A model generated the notes under the pieces. The model was not told where the DNA came from, did not search any database, and worked only from the letters and a program-made list of their open reading frames with translations. A DNA stretch of 64,000 bases. Origin: Candidatus Poribacteria bacterium. GTDB taxonomy: Bacteria; Poribacteria; WGA-4E; PCPOR2b. Positions within the stretch are counted from its first letter, which is position 1. Each line of letters opens with the position of its first letter. A program made the translations under genes and the position numbers. This document shows, one piece after another, positions 30,425-40,556 of this stretch. The DNA lies in NCBI GenBank assembly GCA_965208675.1, contig OZ242351.1:2272001-2336000 (forward strand), in the 5' to 3' direction.

Positions 30425-31378
30425 ATGATTGACAATCGAACGAGAGTTGCACTTACCCGAGAAGGAAATCGACGCGAAAATGTCTTCACCGCACTCGATT
30501 TGGTCCGCGGCGATGTCGTTCCCAAGTTGCGGGATCAGGTGATGTTGAAACCGAATTTCCTATCAGGCGACAACCAGTTGGCGTCAACACACGTTGACGC
30601 CATCCGCGGCACAATTGATTTTTTGCTGACTACCGCAACCCCTCCGCAGGAAATCATTGTGGCGGAAGGCGGCAACGAAGAGGTACCCGGAGAGGCGTTC
30701 GAGAATTTCGGTTATTACGCGTTAATTGACGAATACCCCATCCCAATTCGGTTAGTGGATCTCAATCAAGAGGAGAATTGGGAGGAGACGCACATCCTAC
30801 TCGCGGATAGCAGTGAAGTACCCGTGTACATGCCCAAAACTGTGTTGGATTGCCCGTGCACGATCTCCGTCGGTGTCGCAAAAACGCACGATGTCTGTGT
30901 GGTTACACTTGCCCTTAAAAACATGATTATGGGGACATTACGCAAACAGGACCGCGTCAAGATGCACGGCTTCTGCACCCACGCGGAGCGAAAATTGCCC
31001 CGCGAGGCGCAGACACTGAACATCAATCTGATTCGGTTGTCCCGATATCTTCGTCCCGATATCGCCGTTATTGACGGATACCTAGGGTTACAGGGAAACG
31101 GTCCAAGTGGAACCGACGCCGTTGATTTCGGGATTGCTGTCGCAAGTGCAGACGTGTTTGCCGCTGACACCGTGATGGCGAAGGCGATGGGCTTTGATCC
31201 GCTGCATCTTGGATTGATGCATTACGCCAAAGAGATGGGATATGGCACGGCTGCTCTTGATAAAATCGATGTGTTGGGGACCCCGGTCGAATCAGTGATC
31301 ACGCCTTTCAAGCCGCATGAAACGGTGCATCTACAATTGCAATGGCATGAACCCGATGCGATGCGTTATTTAGCATGA
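30425..31378 (+). CDS. DUF362 domain protein
   Basis: VMLKPN, I.VAEG, KTH...VTLALKNM.MG, PDIAVIDG..G.QGNGP..G. Confidence 0.88.
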   Translation: MIDNRTRVALTREGNRRENVFTALDLVRGDVVPKLRDQVMLKPNFLSGDNQLASTHVDAIRGTIDFLLTTATPPQEIIVAEGGNEEVPGEAFENFGYYALIDEYPIPIRLVDLNQEENWEETHILLADSSEVPVYMPKTVLDCPCTISVGVAKTHDVCVVTLALKNMIMGTLRKQDRVKMHGFCTHAERKLPREAQTLNINLIRLSRYLRPDIAVIDGYLGLQGNGPSGTDAVDFGIAVASADVFAADTVMAKAMGFDPLHLGLMHYAKEMGYGTAALDKIDVLGTPVESVITPFKPHETVHLQLQWHEPDAMRYLA

Positions 31379-31492
31379 GATGTGCGTATACGGCGATCGG
31401 CTTGTTTAGGCGGCATACGGACAGCCGAAACGTACAGAATCGTTGGCGGCGGACGGATTGCCTCGCACCCATTGCATCAAACTAGAAAAAAC

Positions 31493-31521
31493 TTGACATG
31501 TTATCGAACGTTTGTTAACAT
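31493..31521 (+). promoter_or_regulatory. Putative sigma70 promoter of the ileS leader
   Basis: TTGACA-17 nt-TAACAT with extended TG. Confidence 0.7.
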
Positions 31522-31594
31522 AGCGTTAAAGTTTGCCGCGACCTCAGATGGAGAGATTTGGATTGTGTCACATTCATTATCACGCGCCGCCGCA

Positions 31595-31708
31595 ATGAAC
31601 AAGACGCATAATAGAGGCATACCCGCTGTACATTTCGTGTCTGCCTTGATTACAATAATCGCCGTCATTTGCGCGTCTTACGGTGGTGGGCTGACAGAAA
31701 CGACCTAA
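31595..31708 (+). CDS. Putative Ile-rich attenuator leader peptide (37 aa; alternative GTG start at 31565)
   Basis: MNKTHNRGIPAVHFVSALITIIAVICASYGGGLTETT; Ile codons ATA, ATT, ATA, ATC, ATT; lies between the promoter and terminator upstream of ileS. Confidence 0.7.
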   Translation: MNKTHNRGIPAVHFVSALITIIAVICASYGGGLTETT

Positions 31709-31739
31709 ATTCGGTTCCGCAATCATAATTATCCAAAAT

Positions 31740-31782
31740 GCCCATTATCGAAACAGGCTTCGATGGTGGGCGTTTTTATTTT
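31740..31782 (+). terminator. Attenuator terminator upstream of ileS
   Basis: 13-bp stem gcccattatcgaa/ttcgatggtgggc (2 G-U pairs) followed by gtttttatttt. Confidence 0.8.
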
Positions 31783-31831
31783 CGGTGAATATCTGTCATA
31801 GCCATTACCAGCCATATGTGCACGCGCCGCG

Positions 31832-31899
31832 GTAGGTGCGGAATCCAACCGCACCTATGGACTGGATGAATACCGGTTCGGTTAAGACACCGAACCTAC
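31832..31899. repeat. GTAG-type REP doublet (second family), inside a TATAGC-like shell (about 31797-31933)
   Basis: GTAGGTGCGG-aatccaa-CCGCACC ... GGTTCGGT-taagac-ACCGAACCTAC. Confidence 0.75.
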
Positions 31900-31985
31900 C
31901 GCAGTATATAAGTCTTCATAGGATTCACTATAGCTTTTGGAAGGTTTTGGACGCTCCAACGGTTTGCGTTATGGAGGAAGAGCGT

Positions 31986-34900
31986 ATGTTTAAGGACGTA
32001 CCCAACACAGTCGATTTTATCGCGCAGGAACATCAAGTGCTTGATTTCTGGCGCGGCAGCGACGCGTTTAATAAGCTCAAAGCGTTAAGACAAGACGGAC
32101 CGCGCTGGAGTTTCATAGATGGTCCGATTACAGCAAACAATCCGATGGGGGTTCACCACGCTTGGGGACGCACTTACAAGGATCTCTACCACCGTTTCAA
32201 GGCGATGCAAGGTTACCAAACGCGCTATCAAAACGGGTTTGATTGCCAAGGGCTTTGGGTTGAGGTCAATGTCGAGCGTGAAATTGGATTTAAGAGTAAA
32301 AAGGATATTGAATCCTACGGGCTGGCGGAGTTTGTCAACGCTTGCAAGCAGACGGTGCTTCGATACGCCGCAACGCAGACTGAACAGTCGATTCGGTTGG
32401 GTTACTGGATGGAGTGGGATGACCCGCAGCAGTTACGGTATCTGGAAGCGAAGATGGCTGAAGACCCATCGGCAATAGTCACCGTAGAAGCACCGAATGG
32501 CTCCGTCACCGACACAGCGGAACAGCTCGTCGGACGGCTGGGCTTGCCGCAGTTGGGCGGATCTTATTTCACTTTCTCAGACGAAAACAACTACACGATT
32601 TGGTCGATGCTCAAGAGTTGTTTCGATCGCGGTTGGATTTACAAGGGTACAGATGTCATGCCTTGGTGCACGCGATGTGATACGGGCATAAGCCAACACG
32701 AGATTGTAACCGACGGATACCGGGAGTTGAGCCATAAAAGCATTTTCCTGCGCTTTCCGCTGCGCAACCGCCCCGATGAAAGCCTGTTAGTTTGGACGAC
32801 GACGCCGTGGACACTGACTAGCAATGTAGCGGCAGCCGTACATCCCGATCTCAGCTACGTCCTCGTTGAACAAAATGGACAACGCATGTGGCTGGGCAAA
32901 GGGGCATTGGAGAACGCCATTCGAGGTTCTTTTCAGGTACTTGAAGAAAAATTGGGTTCTGCGTTAGAGGGTTGGACCTATGACGGCCCGTTTGATGAAT
33001 TGCCCGCCCAACAAACCGCCGGAGCAGCCGCCCAACACCGCATCGTGCTGTGGGACGAGGTGGGAAAAGCCGAGGGAACGGGAATTGTTCATGTAGCGCC
33101 GGGGTGCGGAGCAGAGGACTTTGAGCTGAGCAAAGCCCAGAATCTGGCAGTCATTGCACCGTTGGAGGCGGGTGGAATCTATGGAGAAGGGTTCGATTGG
33201 TTGACGGGCAGGTATGTACATACCGTCACCGAAGAAATTTTCGAAAATCTGAATCAGAAGGGTATTGTGTATCGCCTGGAGGACTATACGCACCGTTATC
33301 CGGTGTGTTGGCGATGCGAAGAGGAACTCGTTTTCCGCTTGGTAGACGAATGGTATATCTCAATGGGTGAACAATTTGACAAGCCCTATGAGGAGATTGA
33401 TGAAGCCGAAAAGCACCAAAATTTACGCTACCAGATGATGGACGTTGTCCTGAACCAAACCAACTGGTATCCCGCGTTTGGACGTGCACGCGAACTTGAT
33501 TGGCTGCGCAATATGCACGACTGGATGATTTCCAAGAAGCGCTACTGGGGTCTAGCGCTTCCAATCTACGAGTGCAGCGAATGCAGCCACTTCCATGTCA
33601 TCGGGAGCCGCGAGGAATTGAAGGAACGCGCCGTTGAGGGCTGGGAACTGTTTGAGGGGCATACGCCGCACCGCCCATGGATTGATGCCGTGAAAATCGC
33701 ATGCCCACAGTGCGGTGCGCCAGTTTCACGGATTCAAGATGTAGGCAACCCGTGGTTGGACGCGGGCATCGTCACCTTCAGCACGCTTCAGTACCGCACC
33801 GACAGAGACTACTGGAAAAAGTGGTTTCCCGCGGATTTAATCAGTGAAAGTTTTCCGGGCCAATTTCGCAACTGGTTTTACTCGTTAATAGCCATGAGCA
33901 CCGTCATGGCGAAAAACGCACCTTTCAGGCATATCTTCACTTACGCAACACTGTTTGGCGAAGATGGAAAACCGATGCACAAGTCCTCGCCAAATGTAAT
34001 CTGGTTCGATGAGGCGGCGGAGAAGATGGGAGTGGACGTGATGCGCTGGATGTATTGCGTCGCGAAACCGGAGCAAAACCTACTTTTTGGGTATAAACGA
34101 GCGGATGAGGTTCGGCGCCGGTGCCTGATTCCGTTGTGGAACTTGTATAGCTTCCTCGTCACTTATGCGAATCTTGACGGGTGGCAGCCGGACAGCAAGC
34201 TCTGGGCAGCGTATGCGGACAACCTGCACAGTAATACTTTGGATCGTTGGATTCTATCGCGGCTACAGGTAACGGTCCGCGAAGTAACCGACGGACTAGA
34301 GACATTCGAGCCGGATAAAGCCTGCCGTGCGATTGAGCGTTTTCTTGACGATTTATCAAACTGGTATGTGCGGCGTAGCCGCCGCCGCTTCTGGAAATCG
34401 GAGGCGGATGCGGACAAACAGTCCGCTTACCGGACGCTCTACAGCGTCATGGTAACATTCACACATCTGCTAGCACCGTTCGTCCCTTTCGTGACGGAGT
34501 CAATCTATCAAAACTTGGTGCGCCGGGTTGACCCGACAGCGCCGGAATCGGTACACCACGTCAATTGGCCGCAACCACACGATGCGTTGCTGGATGAATC
34601 CCTCATTACGGCGATGGGAACAACCCGCACAGTAGTAACATTGGGACTTGCCGCCCGTGCCTCTGCGAACCTGAAGGTTCGGCAACCGCTGAGCCGCGCC
34701 TTAGTTTCCCTGCCCGACAGACAGAAGTTAGACGATGAGATGATTGTGTTGATTACGGACGAACTCAACGTGAAGTCCGTGGAGTTTGTGGACGATGCCA
34801 ATCAACTGCTACGATATCGTCTGCTGCCGGATAACCGCATACTGGGACCGCGGTTTGGGGCGCGCTTCCCGGCGGTGAGGCGAGCGTTGGATGAGTTAAG

Positions 34901-35357
34901 CGACCAAGACAAAACGGAAGCGGTACGGCAATTGGAAGGCGGCGGTGCGATTGCACTAGAATTAAATGACGGGATGGTAGCGCTCGCCGCGGACGAGGTC
35001 ATCATTCAGCACGAACAACCGGAGGGACTGGCGGTCACCACGGAACAGGGGGTGACGGTTGCCGTTGACACGCAACTTACTCCGGAACTAGTTTCGGAGG
35101 GATTGGCGCGCGAGGTTGTGCGGCACATTCAGAACTTGCGGAAAGCAGCCGATTTCAAGTTAGATGATCGAATTGTTACCACGTATCAGGCTGACGAAGA
35201 ACTCATGCAGGTGATTGCCGATTGGTCGGCGTACATTGCGAACGAAACGCTAAGCTTGGAACTGCGTCCAGGTGAACCAATGGCAGCGGCTGCGCAGGCC
35301 GAAGACACCGTGTCCGGATTTCAGTTGAAATTAGGGGTGAGCCGGGCAGTTGCGTAG
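31986..35357 (+). CDS. ileS: Isoleucyl-tRNA synthetase, type 2
   Basis: DGPITAN, GVHH (HIGH variant), GFDCQGL, WTTTPWTL.SN, GTGIVH.AP, DWMISKKRYWG, PMHKS, LSNWYVRRSR; ATG at 31986 after GGAGGA. Confidence 0.96.
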   Translation: MFKDVPNTVDFIAQEHQVLDFWRGSDAFNKLKALRQDGPRWSFIDGPITANNPMGVHHAWGRTYKDLYHRFKAMQGYQTRYQNGFDCQGLWVEVNVEREIGFKSKKDIESYGLAEFVNACKQTVLRYAATQTEQSIRLGYWMEWDDPQQLRYLEAKMAEDPSAIVTVEAPNGSVTDTAEQLVGRLGLPQLGGSYFTFSDENNYTIWSMLKSCFDRGWIYKGTDVMPWCTRCDTGISQHEIVTDGYRELSHKSIFLRFPLRNRPDESLLVWTTTPWTLTSNVAAAVHPDLSYVLVEQNGQRMWLGKGALENAIRGSFQVLEEKLGSALEGWTYDGPFDELPAQQTAGAAAQHRIVLWDEVGKAEGTGIVHVAPGCGAEDFELSKAQNLAVIAPLEAGGIYGEGFDWLTGRYVHTVTEEIFENLNQKGIVYRLEDYTHRYPVCWRCEEELVFRLVDEWYISMGEQFDKPYEEIDEAEKHQNLRYQMMDVVLNQTNWYPAFGRARELDWLRNMHDWMISKKRYWGLALPIYECSECSHFHVIGSREELKERAVEGWELFEGHTPHRPWIDAVKIACPQCGAPVSRIQDVGNPWLDAGIVTFSTLQYRTDRDYWKKWFPADLISESFPGQFRNWFYSLIAMSTVMAKNAPFRHIFTYATLFGEDGKPMHKSSPNVIWFDEAAEKMGVDVMRWMYCVAKPEQNLLFGYKRADEVRRRCLIPLWNLYSFLVTYANLDGWQPDSKLWAAYADNLHSNTLDRWILSRLQVTVREVTDGLETFEPDKACRAIERFLDDLSNWYVRRSRRRFWKSEADADKQSAYRTLYSVMVTFTHLLAPFVPFVTESIYQNLVRRVDPTAPESVHHVNWPQPHDALLDESLITAMGTTRTVVTLGLAARASANLKVRQPLSRALVSLPDRQKLDDEMIVLITDELNVKSVEFVDDANQLLRYRLLPDNRILGPRFGARFPAVRRALDELSDQDKTEAVRQLEGGGAIALELNDGMVALAADEVIIQHEQPEGLAVTTEQGVTVAVDTQLTPELVSEGLAREVVRHIQNLRKAADFKLDDRIVTTYQADEELMQVIADWSAYIANETLSLELRPGEPMAAAAQAEDTVSGFQLKLGVSRAVA

Positions 35358-35490
35358 CTTATGTACCGAGGCAGATTTTTGGGCGGAAGGGCAGCGCTTT
35401 CCCATCGGGCAAAACACATGCCGACGCTTCGGTGTCAAGCATGCGGCAATCTCGTCAAAACCGCGCACATTCCGAGTGTGAAGTATACCC

Positions 35491-37761
35491 TCAGCGATTC
35501 CAGAGATAAGACATTTTGATGACGAAAACCCGGTCGTCCAACTTCAACTCTTCTTCCTCGGATTGCCAATCTTCATTATACGCTACAAATAGATGGCTTT
35601 TCGGGCTGTATTCCCACCCGAACAGTACGCTGACCAGATAATTCTTCTCAGTGTGTATCTTGTCGTAAGAGGTATGTTCGCGCCCAGCTTGGGTAAATAC
35701 CCTCAGAAATGCATCCCGGGTAAACAGATAAGTGATGCGCAGCGAACTTACTAAAAACCGTCCGTCAACGATGGATTCTTGATCCAAGCTCTGGGCGTAA
35801 CTGCCCGTGAATACCGCGGTGAAATTACTCCGCGGCCGGACGGTGCTAAATAAAGAGAACTGACGCTTCTTCCCTGCGGATTGCCTCGCAAAATTGTAAA
35901 AATCGCCCACCTCGCCCTCTAAACCTACCGATGCGGGTCGAGCACTGTTGGTTTCAACAAAAATTCCGTATTCGTTTGCCGTGAATATGTCGGTTAGCTC
36001 GACCTCCTGTGCACGTCGATAATGCGCACCGAAGACATCCAAAATCGACTCGGTAAAATTCATACCCGCAGAAAAGTCTCCCTCCCAAGCGATTAAATCC
36101 TCTTCAAACTCCGGAGAAAGCGTGCTGTTTGGAATGGTCGCCTTCCAATCGTTAAAATACGTTTCGGTGTAAAGCCCACGATGTGCGCCGCCGTGTCCCT
36201 CCAAAAATAAGCGATGCGAACGCAACTGGGGAGTATAAGCCGCTTCGAAACTAACACCCTGTTCCCCTCGATACATCTCCTTTTGTAAGAAACCTGTCTG
36301 ATTGGTTTCAAATAGAGGGGCTATCCTTTCCAATCCGACTGCGGCGTTCCAGAGATGATTTCGCTGCCCAATCTCGATGAGATAGGCGCTGTTATTCGTG
36401 TCATCCCCCGGGTGAAAACTCTCACTGAATTGTGCCGACAATCGATACGTTTTGTGAAAGAGCAAATTCGCATCTACGCCTCCCACACGGCTATGCCCAC
36501 TCTGATTGTCATCAAGGTGTTCTTTGTTGGCGATGATAAACCCGATATTTGAACGCTTCAGGATATCCTTTTTAAGCCGCACCGCTGAATACAGTACCGA
36601 TTCATTGTATTCTGCCGGCCTTCCAAACCCGAACACATCGAAACTGCCAGTTTGGCTGGTCAGAAATCCGATTGAGTAATCGCCAACCTTGCCAGTCATC
36701 TTTGTACCCCAGAGAATATCCCCGCGGCTGCCGATCCGGCGGCTGAAAAAGAGATCCAACGGGGTTTCAAAGAAGCTGTTGCCTTCAATGAAGAAAGGCC
36801 GCTTCTCCGGAAAGCGCGTCGGATAGCGGGTCAGGTTAATTTCCAACTGGTCGGCTTCCACTTGGGCAAAATCGGGGTTAACGGTAAGGTTAGTCTTCAG
36901 TGACTCTGTCAAGTTAAATTGAATATCTAAACCGGTACCCAGCTCATGGTCTACCCCTGCCTCCCCTTCAGAGATAGATTCTGTGCCGTTACCCTTAAAC
37001 ATGCCTCCTAAAAAGTAGGGAGAAATCTCTAGCTGTTTACCGGATTTGATATCTTGCACTCCCGTCAAGTGGCCCAGGTCGGCCATCCGCGTTACCGCAC
37101 CGGACTGGGTCATCTGCTTCCAGACGGTGACCTCATTCTTCCTCCGATTCACACGCTCAACGTCAAATCCCCATACTGGTTCCCCCTTGGCTGCAAATCG
37201 GAAATTTGCGAACGGGATTTTAAACTCTGCAGTCCATCCAAGGTCATCCCGTTGCGTTTCAACCCACCAGATTCCCTTCCAGCTAGAATCCGACCGGGAA
37301 TCATTATAACGATAGGCATCGCTTTGTACACCGCCGGGCGTGGTTGCAAACTTGTAACCGGTGCGGTGGTCATGATGAGGATCAAAGAAAAAGGAAATTA
37401 CATCCGACTCATACACATTTCCCCGCCGCGTGATGCGATTGATAATTTTATCGGGATCGGCATCGAAACAGCGGAATCCGACGTAGATATGATTATCGTC
37501 ATAGGCGATAGCAAACGCCGTATCATCTGTCGCAGGCTGGCCGCGATTCGGAGTGAGTTGAATGAATTTGCTTACGAACCTTGTGATTTGCCACGCGGGA
37601 TCATCCAATCGTCCATCAATTTTGGGCGGTGGAGTGTTTTCAATTCGGTGAGCTTCTATAATGTGTTTTCCTAATCCATCTTCATGGGCTTGTAACAGAA
37701 TCGGGATTAGGAACAACAACGGTAGGACGAGGGCGGATAATTGACACCGACCTTTTTTCAC
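35491..37761 (-). CDS. Secreted CBM9-like/DUF5916 protein (probable outer-membrane barrel)
   Basis: Signal peptide, PKIDGRLDDPAW, WTAEFKIPF, TVNPDFAQVEAD, FPEKRPFF.EG, FFSRRIG, C-terminal KMSYLW. Confidence 0.85.
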   Translation of the reverse strand: MKKGRCQLSALVLPLLFLIPILLQAHEDGLGKHIIEAHRIENTPPPKIDGRLDDPAWQITRFVSKFIQLTPNRGQPATDDTAFAIAYDDNHIYVGFRCFDADPDKIINRITRRGNVYESDVISFFFDPHHDHRTGYKFATTPGGVQSDAYRYNDSRSDSSWKGIWWVETQRDDLGWTAEFKIPFANFRFAAKGEPVWGFDVERVNRRKNEVTVWKQMTQSGAVTRMADLGHLTGVQDIKSGKQLEISPYFLGGMFKGNGTESISEGEAGVDHELGTGLDIQFNLTESLKTNLTVNPDFAQVEADQLEINLTRYPTRFPEKRPFFIEGNSFFETPLDLFFSRRIGSRGDILWGTKMTGKVGDYSIGFLTSQTGSFDVFGFGRPAEYNESVLYSAVRLKKDILKRSNIGFIIANKEHLDDNQSGHSRVGGVDANLLFHKTYRLSAQFSESFHPGDDTNNSAYLIEIGQRNHLWNAAVGLERIAPLFETNQTGFLQKEMYRGEQGVSFEAAYTPQLRSHRLFLEGHGGAHRGLYTETYFNDWKATIPNSTLSPEFEEDLIAWEGDFSAGMNFTESILDVFGAHYRRAQEVELTDIFTANEYGIFVETNSARPASVGLEGEVGDFYNFARQSAGKKRQFSLFSTVRPRSNFTAVFTGSYAQSLDQESIVDGRFLVSSLRITYLFTRDAFLRVFTQAGREHTSYDKIHTEKNYLVSVLFGWEYSPKSHLFVAYNEDWQSEEEELKLDDRVFVIKMSYLWNR

Positions 37762-37815
37762 TGCGCAACCTCATCGTGATACAAGATCAGTGCAAAAGCA
37801 TCTGAGAGAGGTGAG

Positions 37816-39039
37816 TTAATCATCCAGTGGATTAAGACCTGATTTTGAATACTGCGCCAGCTGCTCTGAACCTATAATCTTGAATTTGCCGTTGTTCTGA
37901 TCTGTCAATGAGACCAACAGTTGAGCTCCCATCGAACGCTGCAAATTTATTTCTAGCCCGACGACATAAATGCTCGCGTCGTTCACATTTTTCGCTCTGA
38001 CGGTCTCAAGGATTTTCCTAGAATCTGTTTCAATATGGCCTTGCTTACCGCGGCCCGCTGTTGGAAGCCCGTCTGTGACCAATACGATGATTGATGTGTC
38101 GATTTCAAGGGCTTTTTCAACGGCTGCGAGGAGATTTGTCCCTTGGTAATTCACGATGCGTTCAGGAGTAAATCGATTGAGGTATTTTGACGCTTTTTCA
38201 ATGTTCTCATTCGTCGCGGGCAGCAGCGATTTGCTCATCAGCGTCGCATTCGCCGAAAACGTAACAATGTTGAAATAGTCGTTGCTGCCAAGCGAAAACA
38301 TCGATTCTTTAATCGATTCGAGTGCGAGCTCAAGCTTCTTCAATCCTGCCGCTTGCATGCTTGCAGAGACATCAAGGCAATAGACGATGTTTTGCGGGCC
38401 TTCAAACTCGTCAAGAAAGTCAATGATTCCCAATTTATCGCCGATTCCCGAATTCCCACCCCCGCCAAGCAGTCCATCTTCCGAGTCACCGTAGGAATCA
38501 ACACCGAACATCCCGTTGCGCTGCCCGGGTACGCGCACACGTCCCGTGACCTTCCCCTGACCGTCCACCGGTCCACGGTGGGAAACCAGCCGTTCAAGAT
38601 TTGATGCTTCAGCGTCACGGAGTTGGGCATCCGTCATCAATTCAGGAATCTTCTCACTTGGCGCTGCCGTGTTGACTTCGATATTTTTGTATACAATCCG
38701 TTCACTGAGACGCATGACTTCTCGAATCTTGTTGGGTGAGGATTCGGCGAGTTTGTTTTTTGCCTCGCGTGCAAGCAGTTCATCGGGTCTGCGGACTGTC
38801 TTTTTTAACGGCGGTTTGGTCTTAGGCTGCCGCAGTTTCGGCTTAGGTAAGTCCTTGACCCATTCAACGGCTATGCTATCTTCGTCTTTGGCAGGTTTCT
38901 GCTGAAGGACAAAAAGATAGATGATTACAGCGACCAGGTGGAAGATTAAAGACAGGAGCAGCGCTGAACGCCTCCGAGTTTTACTGCGCTCAATCTGTTC
39001 CTGTCTTGCAGCCAAGGTTGTCAATTGTAACGTTGTCAT
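37816..39039 (-). CDS. Membrane-anchored vWA domain protein with Pro/Lys-rich linker
   Basis: SLIFH TM helix; MIDAS DVSASM; GTNL..A; LVTDG.PT. Confidence 0.82.
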   Translation of the reverse strand: MTTLQLTTLAARQEQIERSKTRRRSALLLSLIFHLVAVIIYLFVLQQKPAKDEDSIAVEWVKDLPKPKLRQPKTKPPLKKTVRRPDELLAREAKNKLAESSPNKIREVMRLSERIVYKNIEVNTAAPSEKIPELMTDAQLRDAEASNLERLVSHRGPVDGQGKVTGRVRVPGQRNGMFGVDSYGDSEDGLLGGGGNSGIGDKLGIIDFLDEFEGPQNIVYCLDVSASMQAAGLKKLELALESIKESMFSLGSNDYFNIVTFSANATLMSKSLLPATNENIEKASKYLNRFTPERIVNYQGTNLLAAVEKALEIDTSIIVLVTDGLPTAGRGKQGHIETDSRKILETVRAKNVNDASIYVVGLEINLQRSMGAQLLVSLTDQNNGKFKIIGSEQLAQYSKSGLNPLDD

Positions 39040-39167
39040 GGTAGCCTCCTGAATTCATCGGGCAAACCGTTAAAACTAGTCATCAATAATTGAATGTTGT
39101 GGGTTGGTGAAGAATTTACATAACGGTAAACGGATCATCCATGCGGCACTTAGTTCACCGCATAAAC

Positions 39168-40538
39168 TCAAATCCGCATCCGCTCCCATCGGTTGCCGCG
39201 GAAGCGCAAAAAGTAAGTTAATCCAAGGATAATAATATAAACCGTGGCTCCTCCCCATGCGCCCACAACGCCGTAACCTAATACTACGCCAATCCCATAA
39301 GCGAGCGGAAGGAATAATAACCATGCGTAACCGATGCCGACCCACATTGTGAAAAGCGTATCTCCCGCGCCTTCGAGCGCGCCTACCGAACAGATGCCGA
39401 ATGCATCTGCGATTTGGAAAATTGCGGCAAAATATAGAATGAACTTGCCAATCCGCACAACCTCCGCGTCTAATGTAACCAACGAGAACAGCCATTCCGG
39501 CACTGCAAAGAACACAATCGCCGCCACTAGGGTGTAAGCAACTCCCAGTTTAATTGTCGTGTTGCCGCTTTTACGGGCGTAATGCAGTTGATTCGATCCG
39601 ATATATTGTCCAACTAATGTTGCCGCGGCTCGAGAGATTCCGTGGAGCGGCATAAACACTGTGGAAATCAAAGTGATTACCGCGGTATTCGCCGCAAGTG
39701 CAACATCGCTCATCTGCCCGATAAAAGCGGTGAATACCGTAAAACTCAATAGGTCCAGGAAAGACTGAACCCCCATCGGTGCACCAATTCGGAGAATACG
39801 GCGCAATTCGCTGAAATTAATCTGAAAATTGGAGCGCGTTTTGAAGGCTTGGTCGGATTTCCGTGACAGGAAAACGGCGAGATAGCCAATTGCCGCCACG
39901 ACACCCGCAATTACCGTTGCAATGGCGGCACCCGCGACTTCTAGCCTAGGGAAACCGAAATGTCCAAATATGAGCACATAATCGAGGACGATGTTGATAA
40001 TATTCGCAACAAGCTCAATCCACATCGGGGTTTGCGTGTCGCCGATGCCGCGCAGAAAACCGCCCACCCCGAATGAAATGAATAGATTAATCCCACCGTA
40101 CAACCGAATTTGTGCGTAGATGCCCCCCAACCGTTGAACTTCGTCAGAAGGGTTCATGACTGCAAACAAAAATCCCGCGACTCGACTCAGCAGCAATACG
40201 ACAAGGTACGATCCAAGCGCCAAGTAAAGCCCCTGCCAAGTTGCAACCGCGACCCCGTGCCGATCTTCGGAACCGTAACGTTGTGCGACGAAGGTATTGA
40301 TGCTGAAGAGCAAACCGTTAAAGAAAGAAAACAGCGTCCACGTCAATAATCCGGCAAACCCGACAGCCGCTAGTTCTACAGCGCCGAGCCGTCCCACCAT
40401 TGCCGTGTCAACAAACATCATCACGGTACGCGACATCATCGTGATAACAACGGGATACCCCAACATCCAGACTTCACGATAGCCGCCGGGAGCGATTGCA
40501 CGCTTTTTGCTTTTCAGTTGGTCTTCGTTTTGGTGCAC
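39168..40538 (-). CDS. MATE family efflux transporter
   Basis: DTAMVGRLG, RGIGDTQTPM, N..LDYVLIFG.FGFP, GAAIAT, LEGAGDT. Confidence 0.93.
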   Translation of the reverse strand: MHQNEDQLKSKKRAIAPGGYREVWMLGYPVVITMMSRTVMMFVDTAMVGRLGAVELAAVGFAGLLTWTLFSFFNGLLFSINTFVAQRYGSEDRHGVAVATWQGLYLALGSYLVVLLLSRVAGFLFAVMNPSDEVQRLGGIYAQIRLYGGINLFISFGVGGFLRGIGDTQTPMWIELVANIINIVLDYVLIFGHFGFPRLEVAGAAIATVIAGVVAAIGYLAVFLSRKSDQAFKTRSNFQINFSELRRILRIGAPMGVQSFLDLLSFTVFTAFIGQMSDVALAANTAVITLISTVFMPLHGISRAAATLVGQYIGSNQLHYARKSGNTTIKLGVAYTLVAAIVFFAVPEWLFSLVTLDAEVVRIGKFILYFAAIFQIADAFGICSVGALEGAGDTLFTMWVGIGYAWLLFLPLAYGIGVVLGYGVVGAWGGATVYIIILGLTYFLRFRGNRWERMRI

Positions 40539-40556
40539 TCATTCCTTCCTATGCAA

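Noticed and set aside
31520-31782. T-box riboswitch upstream of ileS
   Set aside because: No GGTGGNACCGCG T-box sequence or recognisable stem I motifs; the leader-peptide model explains the region.
31836-31985. 50-aa N-terminal extension of IleRS in the ORF track
   Set aside because: It runs through a REP doublet; the GGAGGA RBS supports ATG 31986.
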